This document shows positions 53,439 to 62,251 of a DNA stretch of 64,000 nucleotides, in pieces (position 1 is the first letter of the stretch; the number at the start of each line of letters is the position of its first letter). The stretch lies in NCBI GenBank assembly GCA_963725865.1, contig CAVSAC010000014.1:768001-832000 (forward strand), written 5' to 3'. A program made the position numbers and the translations under genes. This stretch comes from Candidatus Eiseniibacteriota bacterium (GTDB taxonomy: Bacteria > Eisenbacteria > RBG-16-71-46). Below the pieces are notes generated by a model. It was not told the DNA's origin. It worked only from the letters and a program-made list of their open reading frames with translations, and did not search any database.

Positions 53439-54214
53439 TGAACAAGCGCCAATTCCTGAAGGGGGTGGTCCTCTTCTTCCCGGCGAGCGTGGCTCTCAAG
53501 ACACTGGCCGAACTGGGCACTCCCCGCTACGCGAGCGCCGCTGAGGCGGCCGCGACCGGGGACGGGTACGACCCGAGCCAACACTGGTACGGCATGGGCA
53601 TCGAGGTGGACAAGTGCATCGGCTGCAACCGGTGCGCCGAGGCCTGCAAGGCCGAGAACAACGTCCCCGACGAACCCTATTTCTTCCGCACCTGGGTCGA
53701 GCGCTACACCGTGAAGAAGGACGGCGCCACGGTGCAGTGCATCAGCACGCAGCCGCGGCGCACCGACCAGACACCGTTGCCGACGGACGAGCGGGACGCC
53801 CTGCGCAGCTTCTTCGTGCCCAAGCTGTGCAACCACTGCGCGCATCCGCCGTGCGTCCAGGTGTGCCCGGTCGGCGCGACGTTTTCGACTGTGGACGGCG
53901 TCGTGCTGGTCGACAGCAAGCGCTGCATCGGCTGCCGCTACTGCATCCAGGCGTGCCCCTACGGTGCGCGCTATCTCAATCACCACACCAACACCGCCGA
54001 CAAGTGCACGTTCTGCTACCACCGCGTTCGCCAGGGGCTGCTGCCGGCGTGCGTCGAGGTGTGCCCCACCCAGGCGCGCATCTTCGGCGATCTGAGCAGC
54101 AAGGCCAGCCGCCTGATGCGCTTCCAGCGAATGAACAAGATCAACGTGCTCAAACCGGGTCTCAACACCGAGCCCAAGGTGTACTACGCCGAGCTCGACG
54201 GAGAAGTCCGATGA
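53438..54214 (+). CDS. nrfC: Periplasmic 4x[4Fe-4S] protein (NrfC/DsrO/PsrB family)
   Basis: Tat-like KRQFLK; CIGCNRCAEAC, CNHC..PPCVQVCP, CIGCRYCIQACP and KCTFC...PACVEVCP. Confidence 0.88.
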   Translation: MNKRQFLKGVVLFFPASVALKTLAELGTPRYASAAEAAATGDGYDPSQHWYGMGIEVDKCIGCNRCAEACKAENNVPDEPYFFRTWVERYTVKKDGATVQCISTQPRRTDQTPLPTDERDALRSFFVPKLCNHCAHPPCVQVCPVGATFSTVDGVVLVDSKRCIGCRYCIQACPYGARYLNHHTNTADKCTFCYHRVRQGLLPACVEVCPTQARIFGDLSSKASRLMRFQRMNKINVLKPGLNTEPKVYYAELDGEVR

Positions 54215-55434
54215 TCGCGATCCTCGCGCAGACCCCGCCCTACCTCGCCGAGCTGATGAAGCAGGTCATCGGGTACATCTATCCCAACGAGATCGAGATC
54301 CACTGGTCGATCCTGATCGTGGTCTATCCCTACCTCACCGGGCTGGTCGCCGGCGCGTTCATCCTGGCGTCGCTGGTGAAGGTGTTCAACGTCGAGGCGG
54401 TGCGGCCGACCTACCGCCTGGCGTTGCTCACCGCCCTCTCGTTCCTGCTCATCGCGCCGCTCCCGCTCCTGCTCCACCTCGGCCACCCCGAGCGCAGCTT
54501 CGAGATCTTCCTCACGCCCAGCACCACGTCGGCGATGGCAATGTTCGGCTTCGTCTACGCGTGGTACCTGATGGGGATCCTGCTGCTCGAGGTGTGGTTC
54601 GAGTACCGCCGCGATCTGGTGCTGCTGGCGTCGCGCACGCGCGCGCCGCTGAGCTGGCTCTACCGCCTGCTGTCCCTGTTCAGCACCGACCTCAGCGACC
54701 GGGCGATCGCGTTCGACAAGCGGGCGATCCGCATCATCACGCTGATCGGCATCCCCTCCGCCTTCCTGCTACACGGCTACGTGGGGTTCATCTTCGGCTC
54801 GGTGAAGGCGAATCCTTGGTGGGGCAGCGTCCTCATGCCGATCGTGTTCCTCATGTCGGCGATCGTGTCGGGGATCGCGCTGGTCCTGTTCCTCTACATG
54901 GTGATCACCAGCGCGCGGAACCAGCCGATCGACATGAAGTGCCTCGACACCATCGGCGGCTACCTGTTCTACGCGCTGATCGTGGACTTCGCACTGGAGT
55001 CGCTCGACTTCATCCACCGGCTGTACGCGAGCGAGGAGTCGGTCAACATCCTCAGCCAACTGGTGGCGCTCAAGCTGTTCGTGACGCTGGTCGTGCTCCA
55101 GATCCTGCTCGGGATGTTCGTGCCGCTCGGCATCCTCGCCATCACCAAGGCCGCGAAGTTCAACCCCGACCTGCGCAAGCTGCTCTACTTCGTCTCGGCC
55201 ATCCTCATCCAGCTCGGCATCTTCAGCATGCGGTGGAACGTGGTGATCGGCGGCCAGCTGTTCTCGAAGAGCTTCCGAGGCCTCACCGCCTACAAGATGG
55301 AGATCATGGGGATGGAGGGCCTGCTCACCTCGCTGGCGCTGCTGGTGATGCCGTTCGTGATCCTGACGGTGCTGCTGCGACTGCTGCCCACGCAGCCGCA
55401 GCCGCAGTCCGAGCCCGCATCCGTGACGGCGTGA
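54211..55434 (+). CDS. nrfD: NrfD/PsrC-family quinone-interacting membrane subunit
   Basis: WSILIVVYPYLTGLVAG, HLGHPER, SAMAMFG, LHGYVGFIFG and RWNVVIGGQ; about 10 TMs; ATGA overlap. Confidence 0.88.
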   Translation: MIAILAQTPPYLAELMKQVIGYIYPNEIEIHWSILIVVYPYLTGLVAGAFILASLVKVFNVEAVRPTYRLALLTALSFLLIAPLPLLLHLGHPERSFEIFLTPSTTSAMAMFGFVYAWYLMGILLLEVWFEYRRDLVLLASRTRAPLSWLYRLLSLFSTDLSDRAIAFDKRAIRIITLIGIPSAFLLHGYVGFIFGSVKANPWWGSVLMPIVFLMSAIVSGIALVLFLYMVITSARNQPIDMKCLDTIGGYLFYALIVDFALESLDFIHRLYASEESVNILSQLVALKLFVTLVVLQILLGMFVPLGILAITKAAKFNPDLRKLLYFVSAILIQLGIFSMRWNVVIGGQLFSKSFRGLTAYKMEIMGMEGLLTSLALLVMPFVILTVLLRLLPTQPQPQSEPASVTA

Positions 55435-55455
55435 GCCGCAGTCCCTCCGGCCAAC

Positions 55456-55489
55456 ACGAACGCGGCGGCCTCACGGCCGCCGCGTTCGT
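55456..55489. terminator. Perfect 15-bp hairpin between convergent operons (likely bidirectional terminator)
   Basis: acgaacgcggcggcc-tcac-ggccgccgcgttcgt. Confidence 0.75.
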
Positions 55490-55518
55490 CGTCGCGGTCG
55501 CGCGGGGAGGCGTCCCGG

Positions 55519-56769
55519 TCAGGATTCCATCTGGCGGATCTTCAGGACCAGGATCGCGATCAGCAGCAGGATGACGCCCAGCGATGAGGCCATGCCGAGG
55601 CGCCGCGAGCGCCAATCCGCGAGCGCGGCCGCGCCGTAGCTGTCGGCCCGGCCCGCCAGCTCGGCGCCCTGGGTGAGCCCCGCGCCGATGGCCTCGGCGT
55701 CGAAGCTGTGGACGGTGGCGCGCAGCGAGACCACCTGGTCCTGCGCCTCCTTCCACGCGGCGCGACCAGCGCTGGTCTCCATCCCGCGCAGTTCGGCGAG
55801 GTGGAGCAGGCTGTCGCCGCGCGTGACCTGGTGCCGCAGCGCCGCGAAGCGAGCGAGGAGCCCGGCGGTCAGCCGGTCGCCGCGCGAGCCCGCGACGTGG
55901 CAGCGGCTGCACAAGCCGTCGCGCCCCGACGCGAGCATCGCGTCGGTGGGGTGTTGGATGCCGTGGTTGCTGTGGCAGCTGACGCAACCGGGCTTGCCCT
56001 GCCGGTCCATCGCCAGCTTCATCGCGCTCTTCTCGAACAGCTCCGCCTCGCGCCCGTGGCACGTCCCGCACACCATCGTCACCTGTCCCACGCCGGGCGG
56101 GGCGGCGCCGTGGTTTCCGTGGCAGTCGTTGCACGCCGGGGCCGAGACGTCGCCCTTCTCGAGCAGCGCGATGCCGTGGACGCTCTTCGAGTACAGGGCG
56201 AACTGGTCGGTCCGCACCGTGCGGCCCTTCATGTATTCGGCGTTGTGGCAGTGGGCACAGGTCTTCGGGACGTTGGAAGGGTAGACCGGCGAAGCGGGGT
56301 CCTTCACCGAGAGGATGCCGTGCACACCGTGGCAGTTGGTGCAGGTGGCGACCTTCTGGTCGCCCTCGGCCTCGCGTTTGCAATGGACGCTGGTGCGGTA
56401 CTCGTCCACCGAGAAGATGTAGGGGCGCGGATTGTAGCGCTTCATGAACGCCGCGTCGGCGTGGCAGCGCGCGCACATCTCGGCCACGTCGCCGCGGCGC
56501 TTGAGGGCGCGGAAACCCTTCGCCGGGTCCATGGCATCCACGTCGTCGCGGCTCGGGTCACCACCGTGGCACGAGACGCAGGTGAAGCCGAGCTTGGCGT
56601 GGATGTCCTTCGCGAAGCCCGCGATCGGCGCGGAGATGCGCGGCTCGTCCTTGAACATGCTGTGGCATTCGACGCACGAGTCCTTGGCCGCCGCCGGCGC
56701 GGGCCACACGGCGGTCAGCAGCGCGAGCAGGACGGCGGCGGGCAGCGTGCCCCGGTGGGCGCGGCTCAT
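55519..56769 (-). CDS. Nonaheme c-type cytochrome with C-terminal membrane anchor, copy 2
   Basis: Signal peptide, 9 CxxCH motifs spaced as in 49295-50518 (CVSCHGG, CHG.H.I...DPAS.VY..N.P.TC, CHG.HGAAPP), C-terminal TM. Confidence 0.9.
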   Translation of the reverse strand: MSRAHRGTLPAAVLLALLTAVWPAPAAAKDSCVECHSMFKDEPRISAPIAGFAKDIHAKLGFTCVSCHGGDPSRDDVDAMDPAKGFRALKRRGDVAEMCARCHADAAFMKRYNPRPYIFSVDEYRTSVHCKREAEGDQKVATCTNCHGVHGILSVKDPASPVYPSNVPKTCAHCHNAEYMKGRTVRTDQFALYSKSVHGIALLEKGDVSAPACNDCHGNHGAAPPGVGQVTMVCGTCHGREAELFEKSAMKLAMDRQGKPGCVSCHSNHGIQHPTDAMLASGRDGLCSRCHVAGSRGDRLTAGLLARFAALRHQVTRGDSLLHLAELRGMETSAGRAAWKEAQDQVVSLRATVHSFDAEAIGAGLTQGAELAGRADSYGAAALADWRSRRLGMASSLGVILLLIAILVLKIRQMES

Positions 56770-57836
56770 CGGTGGCCTCCCACGTAGACCATCGCCGTGA
56801 AGACGAGGATGTAGAGCACCGCCACGGCCCCGGCCGCGGTCCACAGCCGCGCGGGCGTGGCGCGCACCGGGCCGCGGTCGAGGAAGGGCGTGAGCGCCCA
56901 GACGCACGCGGCGGCCCCGATCCCGAGGATCCCGACCAGCTCCCCCTCGATGCCGGCGATCCGCGCCGGCAGCATCCGCAGGGTCTGGAACATCCAGCCG
57001 AAGTACCACTCGGGCTTGATACCGATCGGCGCCGGGGCGTACGGGTCGGCCTTCTGCCCCAGCTCCCACGGGAACAGCGCCGCCAGCAGCGCGAGCAGGC
57101 CGAGCGCGGCGAGCCAGCCGACCGCGTCGCGCAGCAGGAAGTTGGGCATGAAACGCATCTCCCGGGGAGGCGGCTCGCGCTCGGCGATCGACGGCGGAAC
57201 GCTCATCCCGTGCCATTGCACCAGCCAGAGGTGGAGGCCGAGCAGCGCGGTCGCGATCGCCGGGAGCACCGCGATGTGGATGCCGTAGAAGCGCGTCAGC
57301 GTGCCGCCGGTGATCTGGTCGCCGCCGCGCAGCAGCCGGCCGAAGAAGGGCCCCACGAACGGCACGGCGTCGACGATGTCGGTGCCGACCTTGGTCGCGA
57401 AGAAGGCGAGCTGGTTCCAGGGCAGCAGGTAGCCGCTGAATCCGAACCCCATCGCCAGGGCCAGCAGCGCCATCCCGGTGAGCCAGGTCACCTCGCGCGG
57501 CGCGCGGTAGGACTTCAGCATGAACGCGCTGAACATGTGCATCATCGCCGCGCCGATCATCAGGTTCGCGCTCCACGAGTGGATGGAGCGGATCAGCCAG
57601 CCGAACGAGACCTGGCTCATGAGGAAGCGCACGCTCTCGTATGCGTCGTCGGCGCTGGGCCGGTAGTAGAGGACCAGCAGGATGCCGGTCGCCACCTGCA
57701 CGCCGAACAGGAACAGGGTCATCCCGCCCCAGTAGTACCAGAACGTGTGCCGGTGGACGGGCACGCGCTTCTTCTCGACCAGGTGGAGGGCGGGCTCCAG
57801 CCCCAGCCGCTCGAGCAGCCAGTCGCGGAGGCTCAT
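56766..57836 (-). CDS. Cytochrome b of a Rieske/cytb complex, copy 2 (canonical)
   Basis: All four heme His present (SIHSW...MMHM; GIHIA...GLHL), GYLLPWNQ and KPEWYF; unsplit b6 + subunit IV-like length. Confidence 0.93.
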   Translation of the reverse strand: MSLRDWLLERLGLEPALHLVEKKRVPVHRHTFWYYWGGMTLFLFGVQVATGILLVLYYRPSADDAYESVRFLMSQVSFGWLIRSIHSWSANLMIGAAMMHMFSAFMLKSYRAPREVTWLTGMALLALAMGFGFSGYLLPWNQLAFFATKVGTDIVDAVPFVGPFFGRLLRGGDQITGGTLTRFYGIHIAVLPAIATALLGLHLWLVQWHGMSVPPSIAEREPPPREMRFMPNFLLRDAVGWLAALGLLALLAALFPWELGQKADPYAPAPIGIKPEWYFGWMFQTLRMLPARIAGIEGELVGILGIGAAACVWALTPFLDRGPVRATPARLWTAAGAVAVLYILVFTAMVYVGGHR

Positions 57837-58264
57837 GCGCCGGCCGCCTTGTCGACCAGGATCTCGTCCCCGACCACGTGCACCTCGAAGCGCTCGAGCG
57901 GACGCGGGGGCGGGCCGGCGACGTTGCGGCCCTCGAGGTCGTACATGCCGTTGTGGCACGCGCACCAGATGGCCTTCTGGTCACTCCGGTACTGGACCGT
58001 GCACCCGAGGTGAGTGCAGACCGCGGTGAAGGCGCGGTACTGGCCGTCGTGCGTCCGGATCAGGATCCCGGGCTGCGAGCCGAACGGGAAGGTCTTGAAG
58101 GCGCCCGGGGCGAGTTCGTCCTTCTTCGCCGCAACCACGCGGCGGGTGGCGGCCTCGGGCAGGCGCGGCGGCACCAGATAGCGCGTGATGGGATACAACA
58201 CGAACGCGCCGAGCGCCGTGCCCGAGAGCTTGAGCATCCAGTCCAGGAATGTCCGGCGCTTCAT
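57833..58264 (-). CDS. Rieske [2Fe-2S] protein, copy 2
   Basis: Tat motif KRRTFL, CTHLGC and CACHNG, GPPPRPL. Confidence 0.93.
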   Translation of the reverse strand: MKRRTFLDWMLKLSGTALGAFVLYPITRYLVPPRLPEAATRRVVAAKKDELAPGAFKTFPFGSQPGILIRTHDGQYRAFTAVCTHLGCTVQYRSDQKAIWCACHNGMYDLEGRNVAGPPPRPLERFEVHVVGDEILVDKAAGA

Positions 58265-58408
58265 GCGGCCTCCTCTGCCTGCGTCGGTGTCGGCCGAGCC
58301 CCCTCGGTGATCGACCCCGATCACCATACCGGCGGCATCGCCACCGACCAACGGAAAGATGCGCCGCGCCGCCCGGCGGTCACGACCGGGCGGCGCTCGG
58401 CGCGCGAC

Positions 58409-61348
58409 TCAGCGGTAGACGAACAGCGCCGCATAGACAATGGCGAGGATGAGCAGGATGCCGAGTCCGAGCGCGATGCCTCCGAATATCACCCACTTGC
58501 GCACGCTCTTCGGGTCCGGCGCGGGCTCGAGCCGCCCCTCGAGCTGGCCGCTCGCCACCAGCTCCTCGTACTCGCGGGGTCGATCGGTCTTGAACTCGTC
58601 GAGCGGGATGGTGCCGCTGAAGATCACGGTGTCCATCGGGAACTTCTCCGGACGGAAGTGGGTGTTGAAGAAATGCACCGTGAAGATGAAGCCCACGGCG
58701 AGCAGCGCCTCGTCGCTGTGGATGATGGTGGCGACGTTGAGCAGCCAGCCGGGGACGAAGCGGGTGAAGAACGTGGGGAACCACAGCAACAGGCCCGACA
58801 GTCCGATCACCGCCACGCCCCAGAACACCGCGAAGTAGTCGAACTTCTCCCAGTACGTCCAGCGCCCGTACTGCGGCCGCGGTCCCTTGCCCAGGAACCA
58901 CAGCACCGAGCCGACGAACTCCTTGCCGTCCTGCAGGCTCGGCAGCATGCCGCTCGAGCCGCCGATGAACTGGAGCCACGACCGACCGCTCGCCTGCTTG
59001 CGCCGCACCAGGTCGCGGATGTGGAGGGCGAAGTACGAGAACGTGACCAACGCGGCGACGCGGTGGATGAAGCCGGCGGCCTCGAAGCCGCCCAGCAGAT
59101 GCGCCACGGCGGTCGCCCAGCCGGCGTACGAGAACTTGAGCGTCATGCCCGTCACCGCGAGCGAGATGAAGCTCACGATCACCATCAGGTGCAGGTTGCG
59201 GTAGAGCTTCGGGAAGCGCCGCACGTGCACGGGCGACTCGAGCGCGTGCGTGGTCTTGAGCATGCGCCGGTACTGCAGCGAGCGCGGCAGCCAGGCCAGC
59301 GTGTGCAGGCCCGCGAACAGGAACGTGCCCACCAGCAGACCGGTCATGCCCCAGAAGGTGAAGAACAGCGCCGGATACTTGCCCGGGTCGTGATGCGTCG
59401 CGTGCGTCAGATACCCGGCGAAGCGGCGATTCGAGCCCGGGTGGCACTGCTGGCAGGTCTTCACGATGTTCTGCCGCGACAGATGCGATCTCGGATCGAA
59501 CGCCGGCAGGATGTCGTGAGCGCCGTGGCAGTCGTAGCACTTGGCGGTCTTCTGGTAGCCGAGCTTGGAGACCTTGCCGTGATAGGTCTCGAAGTAGGTC
59601 TTGGCCAGCGCCTGATGGCAGTTGCCGCACTGCGTCATGATGTTGAGACGGAAGGCGTCCTTGTCGGTGCGGGCGATCTGGTGCGCGCTGTGACAGTCCG
59701 AGCAGGTCGGGAGCGGCAGCTTCGACTTCGAGACGCTCACCGAGTGGATGCTGCGGCTGAACTGCTCGTAGATGCCGCGATGGCACTGGGCGCAGGTCGA
59801 CGCCACGTTGGACTTGTTGACGCTGGACAGCGGGTCGGTGTGCGGGAGCTCTCCGTGCGACGTGTGGCAGTCCACGCAGGTGGCGGTCACCACCAGGCCG
59901 CTCTCGAGGAGGCCCTTGCCGTGGATGCTCTCGACGTACGACTCGACCACGCGCTTCTGATCGCCCGTGTAGCGCACGGCCGCCTTGTGTCCGATGCGAT
60001 GGCAGTCGCCGCACAGGTTCGGGATGTTCTTCGCGTAGGTGCGCGACTCGGTCTCGAGGTGTCCGCGGATGGCGTGCGTGCCGTGGCAGGTGACGCAGCG
60101 CGGCGCGTCGGGACTGCCCTTGGCGTCGAGCTGCCCGTGCATGCTACGCCGGTACGTGTTCACCACCTCGGCGTGGCACACCGAGCAATCCACCTTCGAG
60201 GTCAGCGTGCTGCACGGCCGCATCGCGGAGGGGGTCGCACCGGAATGGCATTGCGCGCACGCGATCTTCTGGTGGCGCGAGTGCTGCAGGTCGCTCATGT
60301 CCACGAACATCGAGATCTTCTTGCCGGTCTCGTCGGTGCCCATGAGTTCGCGCTTCGCGTGGCAGGACATGCAGTCCTTGTCCGCCATGCCCTGGGTGTA
60401 GAACACCTTGCGGATCTTGTGCGGCTGGTGACAGTCCACGCAGGCCGGCACCGAGTTCGGCGCCTTGGCCCACCGCGCGCCGTCGATGATCTTGCGATGC
60501 ACCTGCTCGATCAGCACGTGGCACTGCTGGCAGGTCGCGGCCACGTTCTGTCGCGCGATGCTGGAGCGGGGATCGGTGTGCGCCAGCTGGTGGTGCGCGG
60601 TGTGGCAGGAGGTGCAGACGGCCGTGCTGAGCAGGCCCTTCTGGAACAATCCCTGGCCGTGGATGGACTCGGCGTAGTTGTTGAGGATGCTGTCCTGAGG
60701 GATGTGGTAGAAGGACTGGACCGGCGAGCCCTCGCGGTGGCACTTGTTGCAGAGGTAGGGGATGTTGACCACGCTGGTCGGCGAGCGGAGGTCCTTCGGG
60801 CGCAGAACGTCGTGCGTGCCGTGGCAGGACGTGCACGTGGGTGCGAGCTTCTCGCCGCGCCGGAACGCCGTGCCGTGGAGGCTCTCGGCGTACTGCCTGG
60901 CCTCCTCCGAGTGACAGTCGGCGCACTCCACCTTCTTGAGCTTTTCGGGGTGCGGGAGCTCGGCCCCCTCGAGGTCCGTGTGGCAGGCCCGGCATTCGAG
61001 GCCCGCGTGCGGCGAGGCGCGCAGTGCGCCGGCATTGAAGTTCGGGGGCTCGCCGGGTGTGCGCCTCGACGGCGCGCCCGGCTGGTGACACTGCGCGCAG
61101 TCGTCGGACCCGGGTAGCGCGGCGGCTGGCGGCGTGGCGGCCCAGGAGCTCAGCGCGAGCGCGAGTGAGCCGGCGACGAGCAGCAAGCCGACGGCACGGG
61201 ACAGCGGGACACGCGGACGGTGCACGGAGCCAACCCCCAAAGCGATGCCGCCGTCCCCCATCGGGACCGGCGGCGTGTCGGCAGGCGTCGTCTTCTTCGG
61301 ATCGAACCTCGCAACGAGGTGCGGCGCCCCTTCATCCCCACCCATCAT
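58409..61348 (-). CDS. CbcL-like protein: 19-heme periplasmic domain fused to an FdnI/HydC-type di-heme b membrane domain
   Basis: 19 CxxCH counted; membrane domain with LHTL, NLHL, IHR, YWEKFDYFAVFWG, IHSDEALLA and VHFFNTH. True start may be 61261 or 61225. Confidence 0.88.
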   Translation of the reverse strand: MMGGDEGAPHLVARFDPKKTTPADTPPVPMGDGGIALGVGSVHRPRVPLSRAVGLLLVAGSLALALSSWAATPPAAALPGSDDCAQCHQPGAPSRRTPGEPPNFNAGALRASPHAGLECRACHTDLEGAELPHPEKLKKVECADCHSEEARQYAESLHGTAFRRGEKLAPTCTSCHGTHDVLRPKDLRSPTSVVNIPYLCNKCHREGSPVQSFYHIPQDSILNNYAESIHGQGLFQKGLLSTAVCTSCHTAHHQLAHTDPRSSIARQNVAATCQQCHVLIEQVHRKIIDGARWAKAPNSVPACVDCHQPHKIRKVFYTQGMADKDCMSCHAKRELMGTDETGKKISMFVDMSDLQHSRHQKIACAQCHSGATPSAMRPCSTLTSKVDCSVCHAEVVNTYRRSMHGQLDAKGSPDAPRCVTCHGTHAIRGHLETESRTYAKNIPNLCGDCHRIGHKAAVRYTGDQKRVVESYVESIHGKGLLESGLVVTATCVDCHTSHGELPHTDPLSSVNKSNVASTCAQCHRGIYEQFSRSIHSVSVSKSKLPLPTCSDCHSAHQIARTDKDAFRLNIMTQCGNCHQALAKTYFETYHGKVSKLGYQKTAKCYDCHGAHDILPAFDPRSHLSRQNIVKTCQQCHPGSNRRFAGYLTHATHHDPGKYPALFFTFWGMTGLLVGTFLFAGLHTLAWLPRSLQYRRMLKTTHALESPVHVRRFPKLYRNLHLMVIVSFISLAVTGMTLKFSYAGWATAVAHLLGGFEAAGFIHRVAALVTFSYFALHIRDLVRRKQASGRSWLQFIGGSSGMLPSLQDGKEFVGSVLWFLGKGPRPQYGRWTYWEKFDYFAVFWGVAVIGLSGLLLWFPTFFTRFVPGWLLNVATIIHSDEALLAVGFIFTVHFFNTHFRPEKFPMDTVIFSGTIPLDEFKTDRPREYEELVASGQLEGRLEPAPDPKSVRKWVIFGGIALGLGILLILAIVYAALFVYR

Positions 61349-61422
61349 CGAACCTGACCTCGGGCGTTGATCCGCCCGGGGAGCTCACGCGCCCCGGGCG
61401 GACTCTGCGCCAGGCGTACGGC

Positions 61423-61965
61423 TCAGCCCTTCACAGCCGGCTTCTTGGCGTGCGGCATCCCCGCCTTGAGCGCCGCGGCGTAGTCGAACTTCGGACTCGT
61501 CTCCGGCGTGTGGCAGGTCTTGCAGACCGCTTCGGTCGGCAGCGGGTGCATCGTCTTGGCCTTGTCGGCCATCGCCGCCTTGACGTGGAGGCTCGCCGGC
61601 CCGTGGCAGTCCTCGCAGCCGACGCCAGCGAAGCTCGCGACCTTGGTCGAATCGGCGGGGGGATAGCCGCCCTTGCCGTATCCGACGACGTGGCACTTGA
61701 GGCATTCCGGTGACTTCGCCGCGGGACCCTTGACCTCGACCTTCAGCTTCGCGGCCCATTCCGCGGTCACCTTCTCGTCCGCCTTCTCGAGCGTGACGAG
61801 CGCATTGGCGTGCTTCGTGGCCTTCCAGCTGGTGGGGATGGCGCCCTTGGCGGCCATGTTGTGGCACATGCAGCCAGTGCCGACGTACGTCGCCTTGTCC
61901 TGGGCCAGCGCTGAGCCCGCGAGCATCAGGGCGGCCAGCACACTAAGGGTGATGATCCGGCGCAC
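61423..61965 (-). CDS. Periplasmic cytochrome c554-like tetraheme protein
   Basis: AGGAGGAGG RBS, GTG start, signal peptide; YVG..CMCH, W..TKHA, CLKCH, GVGCEDCHGP and CKTCH. Confidence 0.85.
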   Translation of the reverse strand: MRRIITLSVLAALMLAGSALAQDKATYVGTGCMCHNMAAKGAIPTSWKATKHANALVTLEKADEKVTAEWAAKLKVEVKGPAAKSPECLKCHVVGYGKGGYPPADSTKVASFAGVGCEDCHGPASLHVKAAMADKAKTMHPLPTEAVCKTCHTPETSPKFDYAAALKAGMPHAKKPAVKG

Positions 61966-62251
61966 GGAACCTCCTCCTTGCAAGACGGTAGTCCAGATCC
62001 CTCGATGAAGGGACGCGATCGCGACAGGCGCGCCGCATGGGAGCACCTGCTCATCAGGCAAGTCCCGGGCCACCCGTCATGCGGCCCGCGAAGGTCCCCA
62101 GGGGTCTCCCAACTCCGCAGAAATACGTAGGCGCCGACGCGGAGGCGTCGGCGCCTACCGGACGGGGGCCATCCTAGCCCCTGCCTCTTTATCAGGGAAC
62201 TGCCATTCCGTCGTGTCCCCGCGCCCTCCCGGGGCGGCCGGATCGCGCCGG

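Noticed and set aside
52610..54214. A true 534-aa multiheme-ferredoxin fusion protein
   Set aside because: An internal Tat-like signal, an out-of-frame eighth CxxCH and a TGATG junction indicate two genes plus a frameshift
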